Positions 51,595 to 64,000 of a DNA stretch of 64,000 nt are shown here, in pieces. Made by a program: the position numbers and the translations under genes. The notes beneath the pieces were generated by a model. The model was not told the DNA's origin and searched no databases. It saw only the letters and a program-made list of their open reading frames with translations. The stretch lies in the NCBI RefSeq assembly GCF_036321535.1, contig NC_087436.1, forward strand, positions 59,894,001 through 59,958,000. The letters are read 5' to 3'. The stretch comes from Camelus dromedarius (lineage: Eukaryota). Position 1 is the first letter of the stretch, and every line of letters begins with the position of its first letter.

Positions 51595-52690
51595 CAATCA
51601 TTCAATTAATATTTAAGTGATGCCTACCATGAAATAGGCATTATATTATGTACACGGAATATAAAAACATTATTCCTATCATCAGAAAGATTATTTTTAA
51701 GAGGACATTTATAAATACAAATTTAATATATGTATTACATTCTACAATAGAGCATAAAAGATGAGAGGGATGTGAGGAAAATCTATCTTCATAGGAGAGG
51801 TGATATTTATGCTGGGTCTTGGAAAATGTATAGGAGTTTACCAGGCATTTCAGTAAAAGTATTTCATGTAGAAGGAAAAGCATGGGCAAAGGCCTTGAGG
51901 TGGCAGGCTCAGAAAATGTGGAGAAATTTCTATACAGGGAGCAGAGGATATGGCATCTCTCGTAAGGAACAGTCATAAATGGGGCTAGAGAGAAAGTTCA
52001 GATTTAGACTTGAGACTAAGGTTAGCAGAGCCAAGTGGAGATAGTTTAACAGAAGAATAACAGAGCCAAACTGGATTTCATTAGGTAAATGATGCCAAAC
52101 TCATCATCTGTACTGGTTGAAGAAAAGTGGCGGGGAGCTCAATTATCGGATTGTTCAATAATACTGGAGAAAAATTATAAATGTATGACCAAAAATTATA
52201 GCAAATGAAGGCTCCAGTTAGGAAGAAATCCTACATTAGAAACTACAGAATTTGGTGATTTATAGGCTAAGGTGTGAGCGTTAAGAAGGACGCCTGCATT
52301 CTATTGAGGGTTTTTAGCTTGGATGGGTAAAAATGATGATATTATTACAATTGGGAATGCAGAAGCAAGAGGACCTGTATGGAAGTGAGCAAAAATCAAT
52401 TCAGGGTGGTACATGCAGGAAACTGGAAATGAGGCTCTGAAGCTCAAAGATAGAAAATGGAACCCGATTTTAGAGTTCTCCCTAAGAGAACATTTAAATA
52501 GAAATAATTGATAGGTAACCCAGGAAGAGTGTTTAGAGAGTAACCGAAGTGTTTAGAGAAAAGACAAAGAACAGATGATTAAAACTGGAAAGGGGGTCAA
52601 TGAAGACGACTGAAAAGGAGTAACCAACCACCTTGGCCTGACTTTCTGAAGAGGAGAAAAATTTCAAGAGAGTGATTTCCATTTCAAGTG
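51595..52690 (-). mobile_element. L2 3' region
   Basis: cattcaattaatatttaagtgatgcctacc...agcatgggcaaaggccttgagg...gactgaaaaggagt. Confidence 0.65.
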
Positions 52691-54159
52691 CTATCTTGGC
52701 CAAGAGTCTCTTAAGCTTAAATTAATGACTTCTGTTTCAGAAAGGCCCAAAACTCATATGTGAAAAGAAAAATAATACTTGCAAAAGAGAACATAAAGAA
52801 AATAAGTCATTTTTCCCCAGTATATTCAAAGAAAGAAAAGACTGCTCCATCTGAAAAATGAATCCCGCAGTGCTTCTATCTCTAACCTGCAGAGAGGAAA
52901 GAGTTTCCATCTACTTGCTTTTCATGACTACAATTTAGTTTTATAGTTACCATTTCATTTCCCTTGCTGCAATAAGCCATTCATACATTGTGCTCTCTAG
53001 CACACAGTTATGTTTCAGAGGGCGCACCCTGTTCTAGAGGGCAAAAAGCTGGCGGATGGTGAACAACAAGGGTGAAAATGCAGGTAAACGTGTCTTCTTC
53101 CATCCCATGAATTGTGCCAAACTCCCTTTTTTTACTATGTTTGTTTTGTAAACCCTTAATGCTCAGTGATTTACACTGCTTTTACTAGAAAACACAAGCA
53201 TTATAATAACCATTTTGTCAGTCTCCTTTTTTGTTATGAATGTGTGAGGTCATGGATGTTTTGATTAAGGAAGGGTTTAAAGTCAGTGGTGTAGGTATAA
53301 ATTTAATATATGGTAGATACTAATAGCAGTATATTGGGAACTATAGGGGAACAAAATAACTCCCTTCTGCTAAGAGCAAAGAGAATCAGAGAGGAAATCG
53401 ACTTTTTGTTTTCAATCTGGGTTAAGTCTATTACATGACAAGAATCAATTTCTAGAGCGCTTTTCAGACTTTTAAAATTATGTCAATGATTGTAAGTAAT
53501 TATATTTAAAGTAGCTTTAATGCTTCAAATTCCTCCTCTCACCACTGGGTAAAAACTTAATTTTACATTTTTACTCACCTATCTATTTTAATAAATTTTA
53601 CCTTCAGACCATTTTCTTTCTTTTGTGCCCAAGTGTTAAGCTACAGTATACTGGTACTCTCCATAAAAGAAGATGATAAGTTTGATCCACCATTAAGGAG
53701 AAAGTTTTTTTATTTTTGAATGTTGTTAGATTTGATATATTCCTTATGAATTCATTTACATGCAAGAGGAAATATATTAGATGTTGGAAATTCCACCATG
53801 AGCAAGACATGGTTCTGAAGGACCTTGGAGTTCAGGAAGGAAGTGAGGAAGAAGCTGAAACTGTAATGCTTAATCAGCAAAACCAACTGAGAACAGACTG
53901 ACTAAGGTTCTGATGAGATTAATATCCACAAGCCCTTTTAGGTGACAAAGGATTCTATGCTATTTTATAATATAATCTGATACTAATTCATTTCTATAAA
54001 TTCCATATGAAAAAGGATTCCTATTTTCTTAGCCTTTTTCAAATAAGTTATGATATAATGATTATATTATGATCAATTAATTAAAATATCATAATTATAC
54101 ATGACATGCAATAATTAAAGTTTTATATTATAATAATTATGATATTAATAATAAAACAA

Positions 54160-54400
54160 TGATAACAACAATAGCTAGCATTTATTAAACCCTTATTTTG
54201 TGCCAAGAACAGTTATTACAAGTTAACATCGGTGATCTCATATAATTTCACCTAAATCTATGACATAAGCAATAGTGTTATCTCATACGAGAGAAAAATG
54301 AAGTTTTGAGATTCTTAAACCACTGATAAGTGCTGGTACGCAAACACATATCCAAGAGGATAGGATTTTAAAGTTCATTCCATAACCACTGCACCACACA
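54160..54400 (-). mobile_element. MIR
   Basis: aacaatagctagcatttattaaacccttattttgtgccaag...taaccactgcaccaca. Confidence 0.65.
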
Positions 54401-56399
54401 TTTGTAAACAAAACAACGTGCAACTTTCACGTCAAAGAAAATCTAGTTTTTAAATAGCTTAAGACTTGAGAAGATTTTACTTTTTCCTGGATCTATCTGT
54501 CATTTGTGGAATAGAGATGTTCTGAGATAACTAAACATTAATGAAATGTAAATTATCTTTTGGTCCTAAAGTATTAGTCCAAGAGTTATAACTCCTCAAC
54601 ATCTGCTATAGTTTGATAAAAGTGCTATCAACAACATCTGACTACCAAAACCAATATTTTAAGTCTGATTTGGGCAAAGACAAAAATTAAATCGTAATTA
54701 CCATTTAGTGGAGTTAGATTAGTTTTCTCAATGTTATTTAGTAAAATCAACTTTATTTAGAAATAAGAAATTTGTAATTCATAAACTTCATACAATAATG
54801 TATTAACATCCTTTGAAAGTATCTCATTAATTGGCACCACTCTGGAAACATCTCATTGTTTTTATTATTTTCTCTGTAATATTTATTTTGGGGATTATAC
54901 ATTATCCATGTCAAGTTCCACTTGTGTCAACATGACTAAACATGATTCTAAATTCTAAATTATTAGATTGTTTAACATTACTGACTGTTAATCAACTATA
55001 TCATCTTACATTTTTTCTAACAGTTTTACAGCAACATTAGAACATAACAGCAATCTTAAAATATACTTATTTACTTCTTTTATATACCACCCTTGATTTG
55101 CTATAAGCTTCTATTTACCATCCTTTATTTTCTGCAAGGTTCTTGAAAGTGAAGATTTTTATCTGTTTTCTTTTAAGTTATGTCAACAAGAGTTAGAAGA
55201 CTGGCTGACACAGAGAAGGTAGAATAGATTAATAGAGATTCATAGAAGTTATTTCCAAAGTGTAACTTCAATCCAAGAAAAAAAATTACTATGAACTTAA
55301 AAATGAGTAGTTAAAAATGCTTTTACCACAAATTTAAAGTATAAATTCTATCCATGCTTCCAAACAAATATTTTAAAAAATAACAATAATTCTCCTGATC
55401 GTCCTCCTTTAATACAAAGATGTAGCAGTCAATGGGAACAAGTTTTCCTCTGTAGTTCAACTATTGTCTGCTATGTAAGTGTGTTTGACCTAATGTCATG
55501 TAATGTTCAGGGAAACATAAATGCATCCTACCTACATGCCCTTATATAAATTTATTTTATATCTATTAGCTTACAAAATAAATATGACATTAAAATGTAT
55601 AAATGATTTTCATATGACAAAAATGTAACATCCAGGAATTCTACCAACTGTGTAAAGTTTACAATTCAAATGAAAGTTTCTGTTCTTAGACCTCAAATCA
55701 AGACAAAGCCATATGCTCATTAATAATTTTCCACTCAGGACTTTTTATAGTCACTGTGTTATTACAAATTGAAAGGCACTTCCTCCTCCCAAGTATATAT
55801 GGATGTCTCAATGGAAGCACTTACTGATCATTAAGGACATTTATTCCAGTTCTTTACAGTTACCCTACGTTAATAGACTGATTATGAAACTGTAGTCATT
55901 ACCAAAGATGTTTAAAACTCTATTGTTAATATCCTAATAGAAAATAATGGGTTTCATATTTTTATGTGATGAGGTTTAAATGCCGACATGTTTTCAACTG
56001 TACATTTCAAACACCTACTCTCTAGTCTCTATTAATAAATTACATGCTCAGTTATTAGGAATAAATTGTTCAAAATAAGTACCAACACCCTTCATAAATC
56101 TAGGTTGGGGACTAAGTTAATTTTCCACCCATTAGGTAGTAAAACAAATCTGTGGCAACTCTATGGCAAACCCTATCTTAAAATGTGTTTTAGTTTCATG
56201 AGTTAATTCCATTTAAAAGATAAAATATCATCTCTTCAGGGAAAATAAGGTTAATTATAATTTAGTTTATACATCATAAGATGATATATAAATTCAGAGG
56301 TGCTTAAAACTACTTCCCTCATTCAAATTTTCCTTAAGTCTATCACTATTCTAAGAATGATATTGACTTCACTTTAACAAGCATTTGTCATTTATGACA

Positions 56400-56575
56400 G
56401 ACTGCCAGGTGTCATGGAAAAAGCATTAGTTTTGGAGTGAGGCAAAAACCAAAGCTATCTTATAGCCAAGCTGATTGATCTGATTCTCAGATTCTCATTC
56501 ATAATATACCTGTTTCATAAAATTATTATAATCTAAGTGAGACAAATTCCATAAAAGTGTTAGCTTAGTGCTAAC
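56400..56575 (+). mobile_element. MIR fragment
   Basis: tggaaaaagcattagttttggagtgaggca...ctaagtgagacaa. Confidence 0.5.
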
Positions 56576-56599
56576 ATACGGATTCCTTTGCTGGTTCCC

Positions 56600-57035
56600 T
56601 GTGTTAGAACAGGTAGATAGCTAGATATAAGCAGAGAAAGAGGTTCATGGGCCAAATGGCAGGAAACCACGCATCTTATAAACAACAAGCGTCCTTGGGC
56701 AAACACGGAAAAGCAGGAACCTCCAGACTGACAGGAAGCCATATATCTTGAGGTGGCAAGGGTCCTGAAGGCAGACAAAGAAAGGTGGGGAAAGGTGTCC
56801 AAATGTAACCTTTTGCTCATTATGCCCTTATTACAATAAAATTAGCCTTGCAGATAAGAAGCATACACTGATGCCATGAAACTTACTATCAAGACTAAAT
56901 AAGGACAAAAATCCCTGCTCCTCTGGGGAAATTGGAGCTGGAAATATGACCCCAAACCCCTCTTTCCCCAATGAATATTCTGCCCATTCAATTTTACACC
57001 CCATATAACCAGCTCACCAAAGAAATTCTGGCAAG
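56600..57035 (+). mobile_element. younger ERV LTR, U3 portion, truncated shortly after the TATA box
   Basis: starts TGttagaacaggtagatagctag; LTR-like ccaatgaatattctgccc and catataa at ~57002; no poly(A) signal downstream of the TATA and no CA terminus before the next element. Confidence 0.55.
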
Positions 57036-57515
57036 ATGAGCCTGGGTTGATGAGCCTGTAGAGATTTGAGAAGAGAGGTGCATTTAGAGAGGACATGTAA
57101 GTTCCACACCCTTTCCCATACCTTGCCCTAAGCAACTCTACTATATAGCTGTTTCTGAGTTATATCTGTTTATAATAAACCAGTAATCTCATAAGTAAAA
57201 TGCTTCTCTGAGTTCTGTGAGCCATTCTAGCAAATTAATCAAACACAAGGAGGGCGTCATTGGAACCTCGGATCTATAGGTGGTTGGTAAGAGGCACAGG
57301 TGAACACCTCGACTTGTGAAAGGTGTCTGAACTGGTGGTGGGGGGACAGTCCTGTAGGATTCAGCCCTTATCCTGTGGGATCTGATGCTCTCTCTTGGTA
57401 GATGGTGTCACAATTGAGTTGACTCGTAGGACACTCAGGCAGTGTCAAAACCTTGCTTGATGGTGTGTAAAAATCTGCATCAACCCTCAACATTGGAAAT
57501 TGATCCCAGAACCTT
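57036..57515 (+). mobile_element. MER21A/B-like LTR 3' half
   Basis: ccctttcccataccttgcccta...tataataaaccagtaa...ctgagttctgtgagccattctagcaaattaatc...cctgtgggatctgatgct. Confidence 0.7.
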
Positions 57516-57624
57516 TAACAACAATCTGCTCCCCATTTCAAAGCATAAGCTCCCCATTTCAAAGGCTCCCTGTTTTGCCTGAAATAAAATACCAATTCTA
57601 TAGCATGTTCTAAACACATGGCAT

Positions 57625-58085
57625 GATCATTTAGCTGCCAAAATGTCTAATGAATATCCAAACCCTCTCTCCATCTTTTTCACTGTACTCTGCTTGGGGA
57701 GGCTGAACTAAATGAACTAATCAATTGGCTCCTATGCCCTTTCCTTTGATAGTGTGCAGGCAATGAAGAGCCAGCCCTAATAGTACACTGCAGAATTTAT
57801 TTCCTGGCTCCCTTCCTTTAGGTTTGATCTAGCTTGCTGTGTCCCTTGACTGAAGGTCACTGCTCTCATAAGGAGGTCTGCCCTACATGATCCTCTCCTT
57901 CCTAGTTCTAGCAACTTTTGTTCTTGGGATAGTAATTGCTACCCTACTGCTCAACCCAAGTTCTGGCATCGTTCTTTAAGTAACCTCTATATCCAGTGTA
58001 CACCTTTAGAGTTTGTCTCTCTAAACAAATCCCATTGAAATATTCTAAGTTTTAGTGTGCCATCTGTTTTCTGTTTAGACCCACA
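57625..58085 (-). mobile_element. LTR33-like ERVL LTR
   Basis: gggaggctgaact...ggctcctatgccct...gctgtgtcccttgactgaaggtcactgctc...gtgtgccatctgttttctg. Confidence 0.55.
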
Positions 58086-58119
58086 TTATACACAAAATAA
58101 GGGTGCTCTCTTTCTTTGT

Positions 58120-58470
58120 TTCAGGAATCCTGGCCTTCTCATACACTGTTTCTTCTACCTGAATTCTTCCCTCACTAATCACCTGACTGGCTCCTCATCA
58201 CAATTCAAGTTTCAGCTTCAATATCATTTCTTCTGAAAGGGGGCCTGTCCACACAGTCCGAAAAGGTCCTATTTTTATAGTATCTCATAATATTTTTTGT
58301 ATCTTATAGTTCTTTTTGGCTCTTGATATTTAAATTTTGCAGTTATGCAAGTTATGCGTGTATCTTTATCAGTTGACTCTAGGCCCCATGAAGGGAGGAG
58401 CCATTTCAGTTTTATTAACTGGTAAAGAGAGTGCTTGGTATGGCAGGCAGTTGTTAAATATTTATTGAGA
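58120..58470 (+). mobile_element. L2 3' end
   Basis: ctgtttcttctacctgaatt...ctcctcatcacaattcaagtttcagc...gtgcttggtatggcaggcagttgttaaatatttattga. Confidence 0.65.
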
Positions 58471-58559
58471 GAAAGGAGCAATTCAGTAAGTGTTCCTTCT
58501 CTTGCTACTGTTCAGTACAAACTATTTATTAGGTATGTACCTTAAAGAGGCATGATTTC

Positions 58560-58770
58560 TGAAGTCTCTGGGCTTTTAATTCTGCTCTATTTTGTGATCT
58601 TAACCAAGTTGCTCACCCTCCCTGATCTCAGGTTTTTATAACAACATAATAATAATAACAGAACCTATCACATACACTTGTTAAGTGTAAGACTTGAGTA
58701 AGCCAGTATCTGTAAAGTGCTTAGATTTGTGGGCCTGGAATTGATAAGTACTGTATAAGTATTGTAATTT
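58560..58770 (+). mobile_element. MIR
   Basis: tgtgatcttaaccaagttgctcaccctccctgatctcagg...tgtaaagtgcttag. Confidence 0.65.
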
Positions 58771-59943
58771 TTAATATCATTATATTGTGAAAACATTACA
58801 GAAGACAAAAGGAGACACAATGAAAATTATAAGTCTAAGAAGAGTTCTCAATTGAGTGAGAGAAGAAAGGTATCTATAAAAATAATTTCATCATCAATAG
58901 ACCATCACTAAACTAGTGGTGGCATGATTATACATAAAATAAAGGAATATAGAGCCCTGAAAATATTTAAATTATGAAGAAAACCTTAATAATTCATTAT
59001 ATGCAGTGTGTAAAACTTGTGGGCCATCACAAGCCAAGTAAGACAATATGTATGAGGTAGAAAATCTAACTATGGTGTCACCAAATACTACAATCAACCA
59101 GGGTTTTAACTATCATTGCATAAAACTGAATGTTAAAAAATTTTTATACTTTTCTTTTGCTTCTTTTCTTCTACAGATACATTTATAATTGCAGAAATTA
59201 ACCAAGAATTATATATTCATATAACTATAATGTATAATCATATATTTATGTGTATATAAACATATATATGATTACAAAGGTTTAAAATGCTTCTGAAATA
59301 TATCCTCATATCATTCTCTAGCTATAATCCATTAAAACGTTAACTGAATTGTATCTTATTCTATATCTGTAGTCTATAGTTATGAAATACTCTTGAAAAT
59401 AACATGTGATTAATTCCATCTAAAATATAACAAGAATCAAAGGCATGCCTTTATCAAATTGATCTTTAATCACTGAAAACATAATATAAAGTTTCACTAG
59501 AAAATGTCATCTAAGGACCTCGTCCTTCAATAATAACTGCAACTCATCCAACGTTGCAATTTCAGACTTTCCAAACTTCACTCTTTATCTGTCAGCACAC
59601 AGATTGCAACATTTTTTCTACCCTGCAGAGAGCTACCTTCCACTGACAAAATCAGCTGTGGCAGTATTCCTCCCCTGCCTCCTGACCCTCCATAAATCCC
59701 GTGGTTCATCATCAAATCATTTCACTGCACACATCCTCAATTCCTCTGGCCAAATCCCTACTGGCAAAATACAGTGCTACTTCTACTCCACGTTGGCATG
59801 GATGTAACTGAACATAACAAGAGAAAAACACAAAACCATGTCGAATGAGCCTGCTTCACATTCATGCTCTCTAATCTTAAACGGGTTTTTTGTCTTGCCT
59901 GTCAACTTTACTTCTCTAGTGCATGTACTTTGCCACCCTCCAA

Positions 59944-60857
59944 CAGTTACCTACAAACTCTTTTGCTTGTGACCCTTTTAAAAAAGTTTTGAAGAATGCT
60001 AGACTTTCCATTTTCTAAAATAAAATTTAATATTTTTATCATAAAGTAAAATAGTTCCAAATTATATGATTTCTAATAAATAACAAATATGTGTTACTTG
60101 CCTGAACCAAACATACTTTATGTATACAAATTATTTTTGTGATCATAAAGATTTAATTATTATTTTTGGCTACATTGGCTTATTACAATTACTAGTTTAC
60201 ATTTAATCAAAATAGATAAATATATTCTAAATCTGGATTAGTAATTATGAGGTATAAATGTATCATTTTATTGGACAATATCATGGTATAAAATATAAAG
60301 GCATTTTTAGTTTTCTTTTTCTGATTTTGTTTTCCTGATTAGTATATGTATCAATGGATTGATATTATTGTTAAAATTAGCCTGAGTTCAATGTAATTTC
60401 TGTTCCTCATTATCTTTTTTATAGATATAAGAATAAATAAGTAGATGGGGCTGGAAGGAGATTTGTTATAGGAATGTCTGTCAGTTTATTGAGCTCCTAG
60501 AATGCCAAAAATTATGTAACGACATATCATCAAATCAAATGACTATCTAACAGTTGTTACATTGATTAGGTCCTTCTTCAATTTTATAAAACCAAATAAT
60601 TTGGGAACCATTAGATTTACAAAAGGTCTTGTTATTTAAATGTTAGAGTCATTCGCTTTTAAAGCTCAAATGGTAATATTTTAAATTTGTCTTTCTGTTT
60701 TAACTCACCCGGGGAGATGCCCCATCAGGGATCCAGAGGGTGTGAGAGACATGTAGGAGGGACCAGGAAGGGAGAGGTGAGAAAGAACAGCCCCAACAGC
60801 AGCTCTCTCTCAGGCAGATCGATTTTAGGGAAGAACACCGTAAGGAAGAGAATACTG
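59944..60857. mobile_element. putative hAT/Charlie-like DNA element inserted in L2
   Basis: the L2 sequence is collinear across the gap; insert starts cagttacctacaaac and ends gagaatactg (CAG...CTG termini, degenerate TIRs). Confidence 0.45.
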
Positions 60858-61483
60858 AAAGATGACCACATTTATTTCCTTTTTTTCTCAAACCTTCAAT
60901 GCTTCCTTGCTCATCCTCACTCTCAGCGAATGATCTTGCCTCCTATCTCACTGAGAAAATAGAATACGCAAACAACAACAAACTTACACCGATATTTACA
61001 CTGTGAGACTATGAGCATACATTCCCATTGATTTGCTTTCCCCTTTGTCTTAAGGATAAAATGCGGGCTGTTTCATGTTAGACCATCCCCTCCGTCAGTG
61101 AACCAGACTTCCTCCTCATTAACCTGGTCAAAGAACTCTCTCAGCAATTACTTTCTTTCTCTCCCATATCATCACTTTTTCTCCTTTCCTGTTATTACTT
61201 GAAGCAGCAAACCAACATGCTGCTTTAATCTCCCATCTTTAAGAAAAATCATTTTACCTCAATTCTCCCTCAAGCTACTGCCCTATTTTTCTCTTCTGCT
61301 TTACAAGAAAACTGGTTGAATTTCTTAAACTCACAAACTCCAATTCCTCTTGGTCCATTCCCTCTAAACCCTCTCAAGTAGTGCTTTAGTCTTCACCAGA
61401 CTGCTGAAAATGCTCTTGTTAAAGTTACTGATGACTTCCATCATCTCCCTCTACCTCTCAGCAACATTTGACACAGTTGATTA

Positions 61484-61833
61484 CAGGCATACCTCATTTT
61501 ATTGTTTTGCTTTATTGCACTTCCCAGATTCTGCATTTTTTTTTTTAACAAATTGAAGGTTCATGACAACCCTACCAATGTTTTTAGTTGACAGCTAGCA
61601 TTTTTTAGTAATTAAGTATTCTTTAATTAAGGTGTACACACTTTAAAAAAAAAAAAAAAGACATAATGCTACTGTAACCTTAACAGAGTATACTGTAGTT
61701 GTAACAGTATAGTGTAAACAGAACTTTTAGATGCACTGGGAAACCACAATATTTATGTGACTCAATTTATTGCAATATTTGCTTTATTGCTGTGGTCTGG
61801 AATTGAGCCTGCAAAATCCCTAAGGTATGCCTG
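61484..61833 (+). mobile_element. Tigger1 internal-deletion derivative (350 bp)
   Basis: TA|CAGGCATACCT...AGGTATGCCTG|TA: matching TIR ends, TA target duplication, Tigger1 subterminal sequence. Confidence 0.9.
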
Positions 61834-61976
61834 TACTCGCTCATGCTAGGAACATTTTCCTGCTTCATTTCTAGGACATCACCCTCTTGGATACTCCTTC
61901 CCAGTCTCTTTGCAGTTTTGTCCTCATCTCTTTGATCTCTTCATACTGTATAGATTTGGATTTGGTCCTCAAACCT

Positions 61977-62580
61977 CAGTGGTTCCCAGCCTTCTCTCCC
62001 TGCATCATTTCCCCTTGTTCATCTGGCCACTGATGGTCTGCACCAGCACCTGCTGCTGAGGTGGCCATGACCCATTGTCTACTCTCCCTCAGCACCATCA
62101 AGGCCCAGTGGCTCTTCTTGCCAACTATATGTCAGCTCTGGCTTTGCTGGCTCTGGGAATTCTGGAAGACATTGCTACAACTTCCATTATTACTCCAGCT
62201 ATGATATATTGCCAGAGAGCAGATGTTTAATGCAGCTCATGACAGCAACACAGCACAGGCTTTTCATATTTTCCACTTCCCCAAATCATCTTTTCCTCAT
62301 TGTTGGAATGCATGTGTTCCACAAACTAAAAGAAGGCATAAGAAAACATGTGATGACAATAGAAAGAGTGTTTGGAAAAGCTGGAAAAGACACCATTCAA
62401 GTCTAGGACTTGCCTTGTTATAGTTTCTTATTATTCCATCTAATGTGTGATTATGCCAGGTGAAATGCATGTTCAAAAGTTTTTAAAAAAAAGACTAAAT
62501 AAAAATTGGTAGTTGGTACTCTATTATTAGTTTATGTGAAGGTGACTCAGAAAAGAGCAATGTTAATTTTTAAATCTCAA
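61977..62580 (+). mobile_element. hAT/Charlie-like fragment
   Basis: begins cagtggttcccagcc (Charlie-type TIR) where the L2 similarity stops; cut off by the L1. Confidence 0.35.
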
Positions 62581-62599
62581 AAATTTCTTTTAAAAAACT

Positions 62600-63563
62600 C
62601 CATTTCACATCATACTTCCTGATTTTAAACTATATTACTATAGTTTTGTACTAGTAATTAGCACAGTATGATACTGGCATTAAAACAGATACACGGATCA
62701 ATAAAACAGAATAAAGATCCCAGAAATAAAACTACACACATATGATCAATTAATTTACCATACACAAAACTTGAATCAAAACTAATTAGACTTAAATGTA
62801 AGACCTGAAATCATAAAATTCCTAGAAGAAAACATAGGCTATAAGCTCCTTGACATGGGTCTTGGTGATGAATTTTTAAAATTTGACACCAAAAACAAAA
62901 GCAATAAAAGCAAAAATAAACAAGTCAGACTACATCAAGCTAAAAAGCTTCTGAATAGAAAAGGAAACCATCAACAAAATGAAAAGGCAATCTACTGAAT
63001 GTAAGAAAATATTTGAAAATCTTATATATAATAAAGAGCTAATCTACAAAATATATAATAAACTCATACGTCTCAACATCAAAAAAGCAAACAATCTGAT
63101 TAAAAATTGGCAGAAGATCTGAATAGACTTTTTTTTCAAAGAATACCTACAGATGGTCAACAAATACATGAAAAGATGCTCAATATCATTAATCGTCAGA
63201 CAAATGCAAATCAAAACCAGAATGAGCTATCACCTCATACCTGTTAGAATGGCTACTATCAAAAAGACAAGAAATAACAAATGTTGGTAAGGATGTGGAG
63301 AAAAGGGATCCCTCATACACTGTTGGTGGGAAAGGAAATTGGTGCAGTCCCTATGGGAAACAGTATGGAGGTTCCTCAAAAAATTAAAAATAGAACTACC
63401 ATATGATCCAGCAATTCCACTTCTAGGTATTTATTTAAAGAAAATGAAAACACTAACTCAAACAGATGTATGCACTCGCATTTTCATTGCACCATTATTT
63501 ACAATAACCAAGATATGAAAACAACCTAAGTGTCCATCAATGGATGAATCAATAAGAAAATAC

Positions 63564-63597
<34 letters not shown>

Positions 63598-63830
63598 ACA
63601 GAATATCATTCAGCCATAAAAAAGAACGAAATTTTATAATTTGTGACAAATGGATCGGCCACCAAGACATTATGCTAAGTGAAACAAGTTGGACAAAAAA
63701 AGACAAACATTATCCCTTTTATGTGTAAAATCTGAAAAAAAAAAGTTCATAGATACAGAGAATAGATTACTGGGGTTGGGTGGGAGAAATGGATAATTTT
63801 TTTTAGTTTAAATAAATTGATTAAAAATAT
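62600..63830 (+). mobile_element. L1 (L1MA-late type) ORF2 3' end and 3' UTR with internal (CA)n
   Basis: acttcctgattttaaactatattac, gacttaaatgtaagacctgaaa, atgcaaatcaaaacc, cagtatggaggttcctcaaaaaattaaaaatagaactaccatatgatccagcaattccacttct. Confidence 0.9.
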
Positions 63831-64000
63831 ACCCTATAATACAAAAATACTTTCATATACTTTTGCTATTTAGAGACCATTTAATATTTTTATTGATCTC
63901 AATCTCATTTCAGGTAATAAGGAAATAAATACCTTAAAGAATAGAGTAAGCATAAAGTTGTAAAATGTATGATACTATTGGTAATGGAATATTTTGCTGT

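Larger units (their letters stand above)
59520..61976 (+). mobile_element. L2a-like ORF2-region fragment split by two DNA transposons
   Basis: ctggcaaaa...gagaaaaacacaaaaccatg; resumes at ~60858 with ctcactctcagcgaatgatcttgcctcctatctcactgagaaaatagaa; ctctcagcaacatttgacacagttga. Confidence 0.75.

Noticed and set aside
53716..53901. Acidic 61 aa ORF (EGSEEEAE) as an exon
   Set aside because: No supporting splice sites; part resembles a decayed L2 3' end.
32838..57580. Several 12-20 bp direct duplications (about 32838, 36870, 47675/47722, 51272, 52528, 57528)
   Set aside because: Ordinary slippage-type micro-duplications with no shared motif or periodic array.
1..64000. Prokaryote-type systems (CRISPR arrays, operons, defence islands, phage genes)
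   Set aside because: The sequence is mammalian repeat-rich non-coding DNA; there are no regularly spaced repeat-spacer arrays and no gene-dense long ORFs.

Overview
AT-rich, CpG-poor mammalian non-coding DNA (intergenic or deep intronic). It is most likely camelid, because three copies of a tRNA-derived SINE match the camelid Vic-1 family as I recall it. I can recognise no host protein-coding gene. The only ORFs with recognisable homology are broken LINE-1 ORF2 pieces, in a 4.4 kb minus-strand L1 at ~40.3-44.6 kb and a 3' L1 fragment at ~62.6-63.8 kb. The rest is old interspersed repeats (MIR, L2, HAL1, MLT/MER21/LTR16/LTR33-type LTRs, Tigger and hAT/Charlie DNA elements), microsatellites and unique sequence. 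Repeat family names come from remembered consensus sequences and boundaries are approximate; RepeatMasker/Dfam would confirm them. I found no evidence of a new multi-gene biological system. The most interesting signals are local: an L1 that has lost the RT catalytic motif by deletion, a 76 bp AT-rich palindrome, a tandem duplication with a templated junction, a POU/SOX/RFX motif cluster, CTCF-like sites, possible minus-strand exons and a possible ancient LINE remnant.
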